In this document: one piece after another, positions 22,820 through 37,100 of the stretch
Numbering within the stretch: position 1 is the stretch's first letter
Layout of the letters: every line of letters starts with the position of its first letter
NCBI GenBank assembly: GCA_950097015.1
Contig: CATNEN010000001.1
Coordinates: forward strand, 25,792,001-25,856,000
Reading direction: 5' to 3'
DNA length: 64,000 nt
Origin: Macrostomum hystrix
Taxonomy: Eukaryota; Animalia; Platyhelminthes
Notes under the pieces: model-generated
The model's input: only the letters and a program-made list of their open reading frames with translations
Database searches by the model: none
What the model was told of the DNA's origin: nothing
Made by a program: the position numbers and the translations under genes

Positions 22820-24404
22820 CGTCAACTGGGGAGTCATCATCAAAATGGGGATCATGGTAAACTGTGGGATAATCGTCAACTGGGGGATCATGGTAAACTT
22901 GGGGATCATTGTCAACTGGGAGATCATCATCAACGGGGGGATCATTGTCAACTGGGGGATCATTGTCAACGGGCGGGATCATTGTCAACTGGGGAATCAT
23001 TGTCAACTGGGGGATCATTGTCAACTGGGGGATCATTGTCAACTGGGTGATCATCATCAACTGGGGGATCATTGTCAACTGGGGGAACATTGTCAACTGG
23101 AGGAACATTGTTAACTGGGGATCATCATCAATGGGGAGTCATCATCAACTGGGGGATCATTGTGAACTGGGGGATCTTTGTTAACTGGGGGATCATTGTG
23201 AACTGGGGGATCATTGTCAACTGGGGGATCATTGTCAACTGGGGGATCATTTTCAACTGGGGGATCATCATCAACTGGGGGATCATCATCAACTGGGGGA
23301 TCATTGTGAACTGGGGGATCATTGTCAACTGGGGGATCATTGTCAACTGTGGGATCATTGTCAACGGGCGGGATCATTGTCAATTGGGGGAACATTGTCA
23401 ACTGGACGAACATTGTTAACTGGGGATCATCATCAATGGGGAGTCATCATCAACTGGGGGATCATTGTGAACTGGAGGATCTTTGTCAACTGGGGGATCA
23501 TTGTCAACTGGGGGATCATTGTCAACTGGGGGATCATTGTCAACTGGGAGATCATCATCAACGGGGGGATCATCATCAAATGGGGGATCATTGTCAACTG
23601 TGGGATCATTGTCAACTGGGGGATCATTGTCAACTGGGAGATCATTGTCAACTGGGGGATTATTGTCAACTGGGGGTTCATTGTCAACTGGGGGATCATT
23701 GTCAACTGGGGGATCATCATCAACTGGGGGATCATCATCAACTGGGGGATCATTGTGAACTGGGGGATCATTGTCAACTGGGGGATCATTGTCAACTGTG
23801 GGATCATTGTCAACGGGCGGGATCATTGTCAACTGGGGGATCATTGTCAACTGGGGGATCATTGTCAACTGGGGGATCATTGTCAACTGGGGGATCATCA
23901 TCAACTGGGGGATCATTGTCAACTGGGGGAACATTGTCAACTGGGGGTTCATTGTCAACTGGGGGATCATTGTCAACTGGGGAATCATTGTCGACTGGGG
24001 GATCATTGTCAACTGGAAGATCATTGTCAACTGGGGGATCATTGTCAACTGGGGGTTCATTGTCAACTGGGGGTTCATTGTCAACTGTGGGATCATTGTC
24101 AACGGACGGGATCATTGTCAACTGGGGGATCATTGTCAACTGGGGGATCATTGTCAACTGAGGAATCATTGTCGACTGGGGGATCATTGTCAACTGGGGG
24201 ATCATTGTCAACTGTGGGATCATCATCAACTGGGGGATCATTGTCAACTGGGGGATCATTGTCAACTGGGGAATCATTGTCAACTGGAAAATCATTGTCA
24301 ACTGGGTGATCATTGTCAACTGGGGAATCATTGTCAACTAGGGGATCATCATCAACTGGGGTATTATTGGCAACTGGGTGATCATTGTCAGCTGGGGGAT
24401 CATT
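22820..24404. repeat. Satellite B, 18 bp (ACTGGGGGATCATTGTCA), unit 1
   Basis: Period 18. Further arrays at about 27722-29306, 31957-34079, 37573-39157, 42475-44059, 46710-48832, 51433-52566, 54989-56424. Confidence 0.96.
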
Positions 24405-24477
24405 ACAGCTGCTAAAAGGTATATACTGGACGAATTAAAAATATTTCTGCTCCCCGAAGGGGGGCAAAACTTGCTAG

Positions 24478-27400
24478 TCCACTATACTAAAAATGAAATG
24501 CTTGCTTGCTTGCTTGCTTGCTTGTAATTGATTTTCTCCCGAGCGGCTCAACCGATTTTCACCATTTCTTCACCAAAAGATGCCAAATATGGGGACAATT
24601 TTACACGTAATTTTATTAAGCTTAACTTTATTGCTAAAGGGATTAAATATTCGAAAAACATGATTTTTTCAAAGGTCAAACCATCTTGGCCTATTGAGAA
24701 TTTCACTGACAGCCACTGAATTAGAATTGCGTCGTCAAATTGCGCAACAACCCCTAGCTGATTGAATTTGAAGCCTGCACTCTGGAGACAAATTGGAAAT
24801 AAATGTACACAACCAACCGCGAGACTGAGTGTACTCTATTTTCTTACTTCATTGTACAAAGCCAGAACTTTGAGAATTCATTTTATAAGGCAGATTTTTG
24901 CACCCACTAACCAACAGTCGGAATAGCCGATGTGTAGGCACTAGGAATAGGTTAGGCTAGGCTAGGGTTCGATTCTGCACTGCGTCAAATCATTTAGACT
25001 AATTTTCAGCCAGTAGTGATTGAAGATTATTTTAATTTATTTTTTCATTTCGTAAATAAAATATCATAAATCATAGTAAACCTGAATTTGAATCATGGCA
25101 AAAATAGAGCTTGAATCATGGCTAAACCAGCGTCTGAATCATGGCTAAACCAGAGCTTGAATCATGGCTAAACTGGAGTCTGAATCATGGCTAAACCAGA
25201 GTCTGAATCATGGCTAAACCAGCGTCTGAATCATGGCTAAACCAGAGTCTGAATCATGGCTAAACCAGAGTCTGAATCATGGCTAAACCAGAGTCTGAAT
25301 CATGGCTTAACCAGAGTTTGAATCATGGCTACACTGGAGTCTGAATCATGGCTAAACCAGAGTCTGAATCATGGCTAAACCAGAGTCTGAATCATGGCTT
25401 AACCAGAGTTTGAATCATGGCTAAACCAGAGTCTGAATCATGGCTAAACCAGAGTCTGAATCATGGCTAAAATAGAGTCTGAATCATGGCTAAACCAGAG
25501 TCTGAATCATGGCTAAACCAGAGTCTGAATCATGGCTAAACTAGAGTCTGAATCATGGCTAAACCAGAGTCTGAATCATGGCTAAACTAGAGTCTGAATC
25601 ATGGCTAAACCAGAGTTTGAATCATGGCAAAAACAGCGTCTGAATCATGGCTAAACCAGAGCTTGAATCATGGCTAAACCAGAGTTTGAATCATGGCTGA
25701 ACCAGCGTTTGAATCATGGCTAAACCAGAGTTTGAATGAAGGCTAAACCCGAGTTTGAATCATGGCAAAACCAGAGTTTGAATCATGGCAAAACCAGAGT
25801 TTGAATCATGGCTAAACCAGAGTTTGAATCATGGCTAAACCAGCGTTTGAATCATGGCTAAACCAGAGTTTGAATCATGGCTAAACTAGAGTTTGAATCA
25901 TGGCTAAACCAGAGTTTGAATCATGGCAAAAACAGCGTCTGAATCATGGCTAAACCAGAGCTTGAATCATGGCTAAACCAGAGTTTGAATCATGGCTGAA
26001 CCAGCGTTTGAATCATGGCTAAACCAGAGTTTGAATGAAGGCTAAACCCGAGTTTGAATCATGGCAAAACCAGAGTTTGAATCATGGCAAAACCAGAGTT
26101 TGAATCATGGCAAAACCAGAGTTTGAATCATGGCTAAAGCAGAGTTTGAATCATGGCTGAACCAGCGTTTGAATCATGGCTAAACCAGAGTTTGAATGAA
26201 GGCTAAACCCGAGTTTGAATCATGGCAAAACCAGAGTTTGAATCATGGCAAAACCAGAGTTTGAATCATGGCTAAACCAGCGTTTGAATCATGGCTAAAC
26301 CAGAGTTTGAATCATGGCTAAACTAGAGTTTGAATCATGGCTAAAACAGAGTTTAAATCATGGCAAAACCAGAGCTTGAATCATGGCAAAACCAGCGTTT
26401 GAATCATGGCTAAACCAGAGCTTGAATCATGGCTAAACCAGAGCTTGAATCATGGCTAAACCAGAGCTTGAATCATGGCAAAATCAGAGCTTGAATCATG
26501 GCTTAACCAGAGTTTGAATCATGGCTAAACTGGAGTCTGAATCATGGCTAAACCAGAGTCTGAATCATGGCTAAACCAGAGTCTGAATCATGGCTTAACC
26601 AGAGTTTGAATCATGGCTAAACCAGAGTCTGAATCATGGCTAAACCAGAGTCTGAATCATGGCTAAAATAGAGTCTGAATCATGGCTAAACCAGAGTCTG
26701 AATCATGGCTAAACCAGAGTCTGAATCATGGCTAAACTAGAGTCTGAATCATGGCTAAACCAGAGTCTGAATCATGGCTAAACTAGAGTCTGAATCATGG
26801 CTAAACCAGAGTCTGAATCATGGCTTAACCAGAGTTTGAATCATGGCTAAACCAGAGTCTGAATCATGGCTAAACCAGAGTTTGAATCATGGCAAAAACA
26901 GCGTCTGAATCATGGCTAAACCAGAGCTTGAATCATGGCTAAACCAGAGTTTGAATCATGGCTGAACCAGCGTTTGAATCATGGCTAAACCAGAGTTTGA
27001 ATGAAGGCTAAACCCGAGTTTGAATCATGGCAAAACTAGAGTTTGAATCATGGCAAAACCAGAGTTTGAATCATGGCTAAACCAGAGTTTGAATCATGGC
27101 AAAAACAGCGTCTGAATCATGGCTAAACCAGAGCTTGAATCATGGCTAAACCAGAGTTTGAATCATGGCTGAACCAGCGTTTGAATCATGGCTAAACCAG
27201 AGTTTGAATGAAGGCTAAACCCGAGTTTGAATCATGGCAAAAACAGAGTTTGAATCATGGCAAAACCAGAGTTTGAATCATGGCTAAACCAGAGTTTGAA
27301 TCATGGCTAAACCAGCGTTTGAATCATGGCTAAACCAGAGTTTGAATCATGGCAAAACCAGAGTTTGAATCATGGCTAAAGCAGAGTTTGAATCATGGCT

Positions 27401-29379
27401 GAACCAGCGTTTGAATCATGGCTAAACCAGAGTTTGAATGAAGGCTAAACCCGAGTTTGAATCATGGCAAAACCAGAGTTTGAATCATGGCTAAACCAGA
27501 GTTTGAATCATGGCTAAACCAGAGTCTGAATCATGGCTAAAAACCAGCGTTTGAATCATGGCTAAACTAGCGTTTGAATCATGGCTAAAGCAGAGCTTGA
27601 ATCATAGCCAACCAGAGTTTGAATCATAGCAAAACGAGAGTTTGAATCATAGCCCACCAGGGTTTAAAACAGGGCGAAATCTGAGTTTGAATCTTGGCTT
27701 ACCCAGCGTTTGAAAAATCAACGTCAACTGGGGAGTCATCATCAAAATGGGGATCATGGTAAACTGTGGGATAATCGTCAACTGGGGGATCATGGTAAAC
27801 TTGGGGATCATTGTCAACTGGGAGATCATCATCAACGGGGGGATCATTGTCAACTGGGGGATCATTGTCAACGGGCGGGATCATTGTCAACTGGGGAATC
27901 ATTGTCAACTGGGGGATCATTGTCAACTGGGGGATCATTGTCAACTGGGTGATCATCATCAACTGGGGGATCATTGTCAACTGGGGGAACATTGTCAACT
28001 GGAGGAACATTGTTAACTGGGGATCATCATCAATGGGGAGTCATCATCAACTGGGGGATCATTGTGAACTGGGGGATCTTTGTTAACTGGGGGATCATTG
28101 TGAACTGGGGGATCATTGTCAACTGGGGGATCATTGTCAACTGGGGGATCATTTTCAACTGGGGGATCATCATCAACTGGGGGATCATCATCAACTGGGG
28201 GATCATTGTGAACTGGGGGATCATTGTCAACTGGGGGATCATTGTCAACTGTGGGATCATTGTCAACGGGCGGGATCATTGTCAATTGGGGGAACATTGT
28301 CAACTGGACGAACATTGTTAACTGGGGATCATCATCAATGGGGAGTCATCATCAACTGGGGGATCATTGTGAACTGGAGGATCTTTGTCAACTGGGGGAT
28401 CATTGTCAACTGGGGGATCATTGTCAACTGGGGGATCATTGTCAACTGGGAGATCATCATCAACGGGGGGATCATCATCAAATGGGGGATCATTGTCAAC
28501 TGTGGGATCATTGTCAACTGGGGGATCATTGTCAACTGGGAGATCATTGTCAACTGGGGGATTATTGTCAACTGGGGGTTCATTGTCAACTGGGGGATCA
28601 TTGTCAACTGGGGGATCATCATCAACTGGGGGATCATCATCAACTGGGGGATCATTGTGAACTGGGGGATCATTGTCAACTGGGGGATCATTGTCAACTG
28701 TGGGATCATTGTCAACGGGCGGGATCATTGTCAACTGGGGGATCATTGTCAACTGGGGGATCATTGTCAACTGGGGGATCATTGTCAACTGGGGGATCAT
28801 CATCAACTGGGGGATCATTGTCAACTGGGGGAACATTGTCAACTGGGGGTTCATTGTCAACTGGGGGATCATTGTCAACTGGGGAATCATTGTCGACTGG
28901 GGGATCATTGTCAACTGGAAGATCATTGTCAACTGGGGGATCATTGTCAACTGGGGGTTCATTGTCAACTGGGGGTTCATTGTCAACTGTGGGATCATTG
29001 TCAACGGACGGGATCATTGTCAACTGGGGGATCATTGTCAACTGGGGGATCATTGTCAACTGAGGAATCATTGTCGACTGGGGGATCATTGTCAACTGGG
29101 GGATCATTGTCAACTGTGGGATCATCATCAACTGGGGGATCATTGTCAACTGGGGGATCATTGTCAACTGGGGAATCATTGTCAACTGGAAAATCATTGT
29201 CAACTGGGTGATCATTGTCAACTGGGGAATCATTGTCAACTAGGGGATCATCATCAACTGGGGTATTATTGGCAACTGGGTGATCATTGTCAGCTGGGGG
29301 ATCATTACAGCTGCTAAAAGGTATATACTGGACGAATTAAAAATATTTCTGCTCCCCGAAGGGGGGCAAAACTTGCTAG
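24478..29379 (+). mobile_element. Helitron unit 2 (type-B head with (TGCT)n)
   Basis: TCCACTATAC start; GGCTCAACCGATTTT core motif; hairpin plus CTAG end. Confidence 0.9.
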
Positions 29380-32300
29380 TCCACTATACTAAAAATGAAA
29401 TGCTTGCTTGCTTGCTTGCTTGCTTGTAATTGATTTTCTCCCGAGCGGCTCAACCGATTTTCACCATTTCTTCACCAAAAGATGCCAAATATGGGGACAA
29501 TTTTACACGTAATTTTATTAAGCTTAACTTTATTGCTAAAGGGATTAAATATTCGAAAAACATGATTTTTTCAAAGGTCAAACCATCTTGGCCTATTGAG
29601 AATTTCACTGACAGCCACTGAATTAGAATTGCGTCGTCAAATTGCGCAACAACCCCTAGCTGATTGAATTTGAAGCCTGCACTCTGGAGACAAATTGGAA
29701 ATAAATGTACACAACCAACCGCGAGACTGAGTGTACTCTATTTTCTTACTTCATTGTACAAAGCCAGAACTTTGAGAATTCATTTTATAAGGCAGATTTT
29801 TGCACCCACTAACCAACAGTCGGAATAGCCGATGTGTAGGCACTAGGAATAGGTTAGGCTAGGCTAGGGTTCGATTCTGCACTGCGTCAAATCATTTAGA
29901 CTAATTTTCAGCCAGTAGTGATTGAAGATTATTTTAATTTATTTTTTCATTTCGTAAATAAAATATCATAAATCATAGTAAACCTGAATTTGAATCATGG
30001 CAAAAATAGAGCTTGAATCATGGCTAAACCAGCGTCTGAATCATGGCTAAACCAGAGCTTGAATCATGGCTAAACTGGAGTCTGAATCATGGCTAAACCA
30101 GAGTCTGAATCATGGCTAAACCAGCGTCTGAATCATGGCTAAACCAGAGTCTGAATCATGGCTAAACCAGAGTCTGAATCATGGCTAAACCAGAGTCTGA
30201 ATCATGGCTTAACCAGAGTTTGAATCATGGCTACACTGGAGTCTGAATCATGGCTAAACCAGAGTCTGAATCATGGCTAAACCAGAGTCTGAATCATGGC
30301 TTAACCAGAGTTTGAATCATGGCTAAACCAGAGTCTGAATCATGGCTAAACCAGAGTCTGAATCATGGCTAAAATAGAGTCTGAATCATGGCTAAACCAG
30401 AGTCTGAATCATGGCTAAACCAGAGTCTGAATCATGGCTAAACTAGAGTCTGAATCATGGCTAAACCAGAGTCTGAATCATGGCTAAACTAGAGTCTGAA
30501 TCATGGCTAAACCAGAGTTTGAATCATGGCAAAAACAGCGTCTGAATCATGGCTAAACCAGAGCTTGAATCATGGCTAAACCAGAGTTTGAATCATGGCT
30601 GAACCAGCGTTTGAATCATGGCTAAACCAGAGTTTGAATGAAGGCTAAACCCGAGTTTGAATCATGGCAAAACCAGAGTTTGAATCATGGCAAAACCAGA
30701 GTTTGAATCATGGCTAAACCAGAGTTTGAATCATGGCTAAACCAGCGTTTGAATCATGGCTAAACCAGAGTTTGAATCATGGCTAAACTAGAGTTTGAAT
30801 CATGGCTAAACCAGAGTTTGAATCATGGCAAAAACAGCGTCTGAATCATGGCTAAACCAGAGCTTGAATCATGGCTAAACCAGAGTTTGAATCATGGCTG
30901 AACCAGCGTTTGAATCATGGCTAAACCAGAGTTTGAATGAAGGCTAAACCCGAGTTTGAATCATGGCAAAACCAGAGTTTGAATCATGGCAAAACCAGAG
31001 TTTGAATCATGGCTAAACCAGAGTTTGAATCATGGCTAAACCAGCGTTTGAATCATGGCTAAACCAGAGTTTGAATCATGGCTAAACTAGAGTTTGAATC
31101 ATGGCTAAAACAGAGTTTAAATCATGGCAAAACCAGAGCTTGAATCATGGCAAAACCAGCGTTTGAATCATGGCTAAACCAGAGCTTGAATCATGGCTAA
31201 ACCAGAGCTTGAATCATGGCAAAATCAGAGCTTGAATCATGGCTAAACCAGAGTTTAAATCATGGCTAAACCAGAGTCTGAATCATGGCTAAACCAGCGT
31301 CTGAATCATGGCTAAAGCAGAGTTTGAATCATGGCTAAACTAGAGTCTGAATCATGGCTAAACCAGAGTCTGAATCATGGCTAAACCAGAGTCTGAATCA
31401 TGGCTAAACTGGAGTCTGAATCATGGCTAAACCAGAGTCTGAATCATGGCTAAAGCAGAGTTTGAATCATGGCTAAACCAGAGTCTGAATCATGGCTAAA
31501 CCAGAGTTTGAATCATGGCTAAAGCAGAGTTTGAATCATGGCTAAACCAGAGTCTGAATCATGGCTAAACCAGAGTCTGAATCATGGCTAAACCAGAGTC
31601 TGAATCATGGCTAAACCAGAGTCTGAATCATGGCTAAACTGGAGTCTGAATCATGGCTAAAGCAGAGTTTGAATCATGGCTAAACCAGAGTCTGAATCAT
31701 GGCTAAACCAGAGTTTGAATCATGGCTAAACCAGAGTTTGAATCATGGCTAAACCAGAGTCTGAATCATGGCTAAAAACCAGCGTTTGAATCATGGCTAA
31801 ACTAGCGTTTGAATCATGGCTAAAGCAGAGCTTGAATCATAGCCAACCAGAGTTTGAATCATGGCAAAACGAGAGTTTGAATCATAGCCCACCAGGGTTT
31901 AAAACAGGGCGAAATCTGAGTTTGAATCTTGGCTTACCCAGCGTTTGAAAAATCAACGTCAACTGGGGAGTCATCATCAAAATGGGGATCATGGTAAACT
32001 GTGGGATAATCGTCAACTGGGGGATCATGGTAAACTTGGGGATCATTGTCAACTGGGTGATCATCATCAACTGGGGATCATCATCAACTGGGGGATCATC
32101 ATCAACTGGGGGTTCATTGTCAACTGTAGGATCATTGTCAACCGGCGGGATCATTGTCAACTGGGGGATCATTGTCAACTGGGGGATCATTGTCAACTGG
32201 GGGGTAATGGTCAACTAGGGGATAATTGTCAACTGGGGAATCATCATCAAATGGGGGATCATGGTCAACTTGGGGATCATTGTCAACTGGATGATCATCA

Positions 32301-34152
32301 TAAACTGGGGGATCATTGTCAATTGGGGGAACATTGTCAACTGGACGAACATTGTTAACTGGGGATCATCATCAATGGGGAGTCATCATCAACTGGGGGA
32401 TCATTGTGAACTGGAGGATCTTTGTCAACTGGGGGATCATTGTCAACTGGGGGATCATTGTCAACTGGGGGATCATTGTCAACTGGGAGATCATCATCAA
32501 CGGGGGGATCATCATCAAATGGGGGATCATTGTCAACTGTGGGATCATTGTCAACTGGGGGATCATTGTCAACTGGGAGATCATTGTCAACTGGGGGATT
32601 ATTGTCAACTGGGGGTTCATTGTCAACTGGGGGATCATTGTCAACTGGGGGATCATCATCAACTGGGAGATCATCATCAACGGGGGGATCATTGTCAACT
32701 GGGGGATCATTGTCAACGGGCGGGATCATTGTCAACTGGGGAATCATTGTCAACTGGGGGATCATTGTCAACTGGGGGATCATTGTCAACTGGGTGATCA
32801 TCATCAACTGGGGGATCATTGTCAACTGGGGGAACATTGTCAACTGGAGGCACATTGTTAACTGGGGATCATCATCAATGGGGAGTCATCATCAACTGGG
32901 GGATCATTGTGAACTGGGGGATCTTTGTTAACTGGGGGATCATTGTGAACTGGGGGATCATTGTCAACTGGGGGATTATTGTCAACTGGGGGTTCATTGT
33001 CAACTGGGGGATCATTGTCAACTGGGGGATCATCATCAACTGGGAGATCATCATCAATGGGGGGATCATTGTCAACTGGGGGATCATTGTCAACGGGCGG
33101 GATCATTGTCAACTGGGGAATCATTGTCAACTGGGGGATCATTGTCAACTGGGGGATCATTGTCAACTGGGTGATCATCATCAACTGGGGGATCATTGTC
33201 AACTGGGGGAACATTGTCAACTGGAGGAACATTGTTAACTGGGGATCATCATCAATGGGGAGTCATCATCAACTGGGGGATCATTGTGAACTGGGGGATC
33301 TTTGTTAACTGGGGGATCATTGTGAACTGGGGGATCATTGTCAACTGGGGGATCATTGTCAACTGGGGGATCATTTTCAACTGGGGGATCATCATCAACT
33401 GGGGGATCATCATCAACTGGGGGATCATTGTGAACTGGGGGATCATTGTCAACTGGGGGATCATTGTCAACTGTGGGATCATTGTCAACGGGCGGGATCA
33501 TTGTCAACTGGGGGATCATTGTCAACTGGGGGATCATTGTCAACTGGGGGATCATTGTCAACTGGGGGATCATCATCAACTGGGGGATCATTGTCAACTG
33601 GGGGAACATTGTCAACTGGGGGTTCATTGTCAACTGGGGGATCATTGTCAACTGGGGAATCATTGTCGACTGGGGGATCATTGTCAACTGGAAGATCATT
33701 GTCAACTGGGGGATCATTGTCAACTGGGGGTTCATTGTCAACTGGGGGTTCATTGTCAACTGTGGGATCATTGTCAACGGACGGGATCATTGTCAACTGG
33801 GGGATCATTGTCAACTGGGGGATCATTGTCAACTGAGGAATCATTGTCGACTGGGGGATCATTGTCAACTGGGGGATCATTGTCAACTGTGGGATCATCA
33901 TCAACTGGGGGATCATTGTCAACTGGGGGATCATTGTCAACTGGGGAATCATTGTCAACTGGAAAATCATTGTCAACTGGGTGATCATTGTCAACTGGGG
34001 AATCATTGTCAACTAGGGGATCATCATCAACTGGGGTATTATTGGCAACTGGGTGATCATTGTCAGCTGGGGGATCATTACAGCTGCTAAAAGGTATATA
34101 CTGGACGAATTAAAAATATTTCTGCTCCCCGAAGGGGGGCAAAACTTGCTAG
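29380..34152 (+). mobile_element. Helitron unit 3 (type B)
   Basis: Same termini as unit 2. Confidence 0.9.
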
Positions 34153-37100
34153 TCCTACTATACTAAATGTCTAAGATCTGTCTGTCCATCTGAAACGCTC
34201 TAGCGAATGAATGGCTAGACCAATTTTTTTCCTGTTTTCACCAAAAAGTGCCAACTCATCCAAGGATTAGACTGATCAAATTTCATCATTCTGTCTCAAT
34301 TCCAAGGGTATTAAATATTCGAAAAACGAGTTTTTCTATTGCTTTCAATAGGAGGCCAAACAAGGTTAAATTAGAATAGGGCCGGACACTGTCAGTTTTA
34401 TTAGATTGCATCGGTGCTTTTTCTCGCCCGCGCGTGCATTGGTATAGCACTGAACAGGGCCCGATACTCTCAATTGAATAGGATTGCGTCACTGCTTTTC
34501 GACCCCTACGTACGTTTATAAATTTGTCTCTTGGCTGATCGAGTGATTTGATTTGAATACGCAAAACGTACATAGCAGATTTCATGATTGGGCTTTTATG
34601 ATGCTCAATGCTAGCGAGACCTCTCCTCCTCCTTTCTATCCATAAAACTGCAGCCTTTCTATTGTCAAACCTTGTCTCGACTTCGATCATTGTGCCGCTT
34701 TCTTTTCATCTAGCTCCGAAGTAAAGTACTTTAATGCTTTTGTAGAATGCAGGTAGAATTTCAGCATCGGTTTTGTTACTGCTTCTTTTTCTTCTAATCT
34801 TCTAAACATCAGCAGTTAAAAACGTAAGTTCCTATTTATTAGTACTTTTTGGGCATTTTTGGTTCGAGTATAAATAGTAAGCGATTTTGGTTAGCTACTG
34901 TCGAAGCAGATATTTGTTAGCTTTATTATTCCTGTACTCCCTTTCAGAAAATAGTATAAGTTTTTTCGAGTATCGGGAATTCGATAATAAAACTAAGGAA
35001 ATATTTTTGTGCATAGCTGCAGGCGATATCACAATTGAGAACTGCAAGAAAAAAATATTGAGCGCAGCTAAGAGCGTAAATTATTTCAAATTTTTTAGCA
35101 TTGTTTTAAGCGTTATTCGATCAAAAAAATAGCTCATTTAATAATAATAATTATAAAACTTTTTTCGACGAACACTGATCGAAACCGTTTTCTAAAGTGC
35201 TCAACGATTTTCTAAATGTGTCCAACGATTTTCTAAATGTGTTTAACAGTTTTCTAAATGTATCTACCGGGCCACATGTAACAGGAGATATTTGTTGCCT
35301 TCTGGGCTGAGTAAAATGATGGACACATCGTTTCTATGCTATTTGGGGGCAATGGTTTCCTGTCAAAGAAAAAGGGCAAACATTTCTTGCTGCGAGTTTG
35401 GTAGCCTGCAAGTAGCCTCCATTCTGGTATTATGGAGGTTCTCTTCTGTTTGGAGAACATTAGTTCTCTGCTGCTGGGGGAATTAGTTCTCTGCTGCTGG
35501 GGGAATTAGTTCTCTGCTGCTGGGGGAATTAGTTCTCTGCTGCTGGGGGAATTAGTTCTCTGCTGCTGGGGGAATTAGTTCTCTGCTGCTGGGGGAATTA
35601 GTTCTCTGCTGCTGGGGGAATTAGTTCTCTGCTGCTGGGGGAATAAGTTCTCTGCTGCTGGGGGAATTAGTTCTCTGCTGCTGGGGGAATTAGTTCTCTG
35701 CTGCTGGGGGAATTAGTTCTCTGCTGCTGGGGGAATTAGTTCTCTGCTGCTCGGGAAATTAGTTCTCTGCTGCTGGGGAAATTAGTTCTCTGCTGCTGGA
35801 GGGGAATTAGTTCTCATGGCAAAACCAGCGTTTGAATCATGGCTAAACCAGAGTCTGAATCATGGCAGAGTCTGAATCAAGGCTAAACCAGAGTCTGAAT
35901 CATGGCTAAACCAGAGTCTGAATCATGGCTAAATTTAAGTTTGAATCTAATCTAATCTAAGTCTAAACCAGAGTTTGAATGATGGCTAAACCAGAGCTTG
36001 AATCATAGCTAACCAGCGTTTGAATCATGGCTAAACCAGAGTTTGAATCATGGCTAAACCAGCGTCTGAATCATGGCTAAAGCAGAGTATGAATCATGGC
36101 TAAAGCAGAGTTTGAATCATGGCTAAACCAGAGTTTGAATCATGGCTAAAGCAGAGTCTGAATCATGGCTTAACCAGAGTTTGAATCATGGCTAAACCAG
36201 AGTCTGAATCATGGCTTAACCAGAGTTTGAATCATGGCTAAACCAGAGTCTGAATCATGGCAAAACCAGCGTCTGAATCATGGCTAAAGCAGAGTTTGAA
36301 TCATGGCTAAACCAGAGTCTGAATCATGGCTTAACCAGAGTTTGAATCATGGCTAAACCAGAGTTTGAATCATGGCTAAACCAGAGTCTGAATCATGGCT
36401 TAACCAGAGTTTGAATCATGGCTAAACCAGAGTCTGAATCATGGCTAAACCAGAGTTTGAATCATGGCTAAACCAGAGTCTGAATCATGGCTAAACCAGA
36501 GTCTGAATCATGGCTAAAATAGAGTCTGAATCATGGCTAAACCAGAGTCTGAATCATGGCTAAACCAGAGTCTGAATCATGGCTAAACTAGAGTCCGAAT
36601 CATGGCTAAACCAGAGTCTGAATCATGGCTAAACTAGAGTCTGAATCATGGCTAAACCAGAGTCTGAATCATGGCTTAACCAGAGTTTGAATCATGGCTA
36701 AACCAGAGTCTGAATCATGGCTAAACCAGAGTTTGAATCATGGCAAAAACAGCGTCTGAATCATGGCTAAACCAGAGCTTGAATCATGGCTAAACCAGAG
36801 TTTGAATCATGGCTGAACCAGCGTTTGAATCATGGCTAAACCAGAGTTTGAATGAAGGCTAAACCCGAGTTTGAATCATGGCAAAACTAGAGTTTGAATC
36901 ATGGCAAAACCAGAGTTTGAATCATGGCTAAACCAGAGTTTGAATCATGGCAAAAACAGCGTCTGAATCATGGCTAAACCAGAGCTTGAATCATGGCTAA
37001 ACCAGAGTTTGAATCATGGCTGAACCAGCGTTTGAATCATGGCTAAACCAGAGTTTGAATGAAGGCTAAACCCGAGTTTGAATCATGGCAAAAACAGAGT

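Larger units (their letters stand above)
20686..24477 (+). mobile_element. Helitron unit 1 (type-A head fused to type-B body)
   Basis: TCCTACTATAC start; hairpin 24449-24465; CTAG end. Confidence 0.9.

Noticed and set aside
22820-24404. G-quadruplex function of satellite B
   Set aside because: G5 runs are separated by 13-nt loops; folding is possible but nothing in the sequence indicates function.
34286-34690. 134-aa minus-strand ORF as a Helitron Rep/helicase
   Set aside because: No HUH, Y2 or Pif1 helicase motifs; identity of the second copy is explained by the recent duplication.
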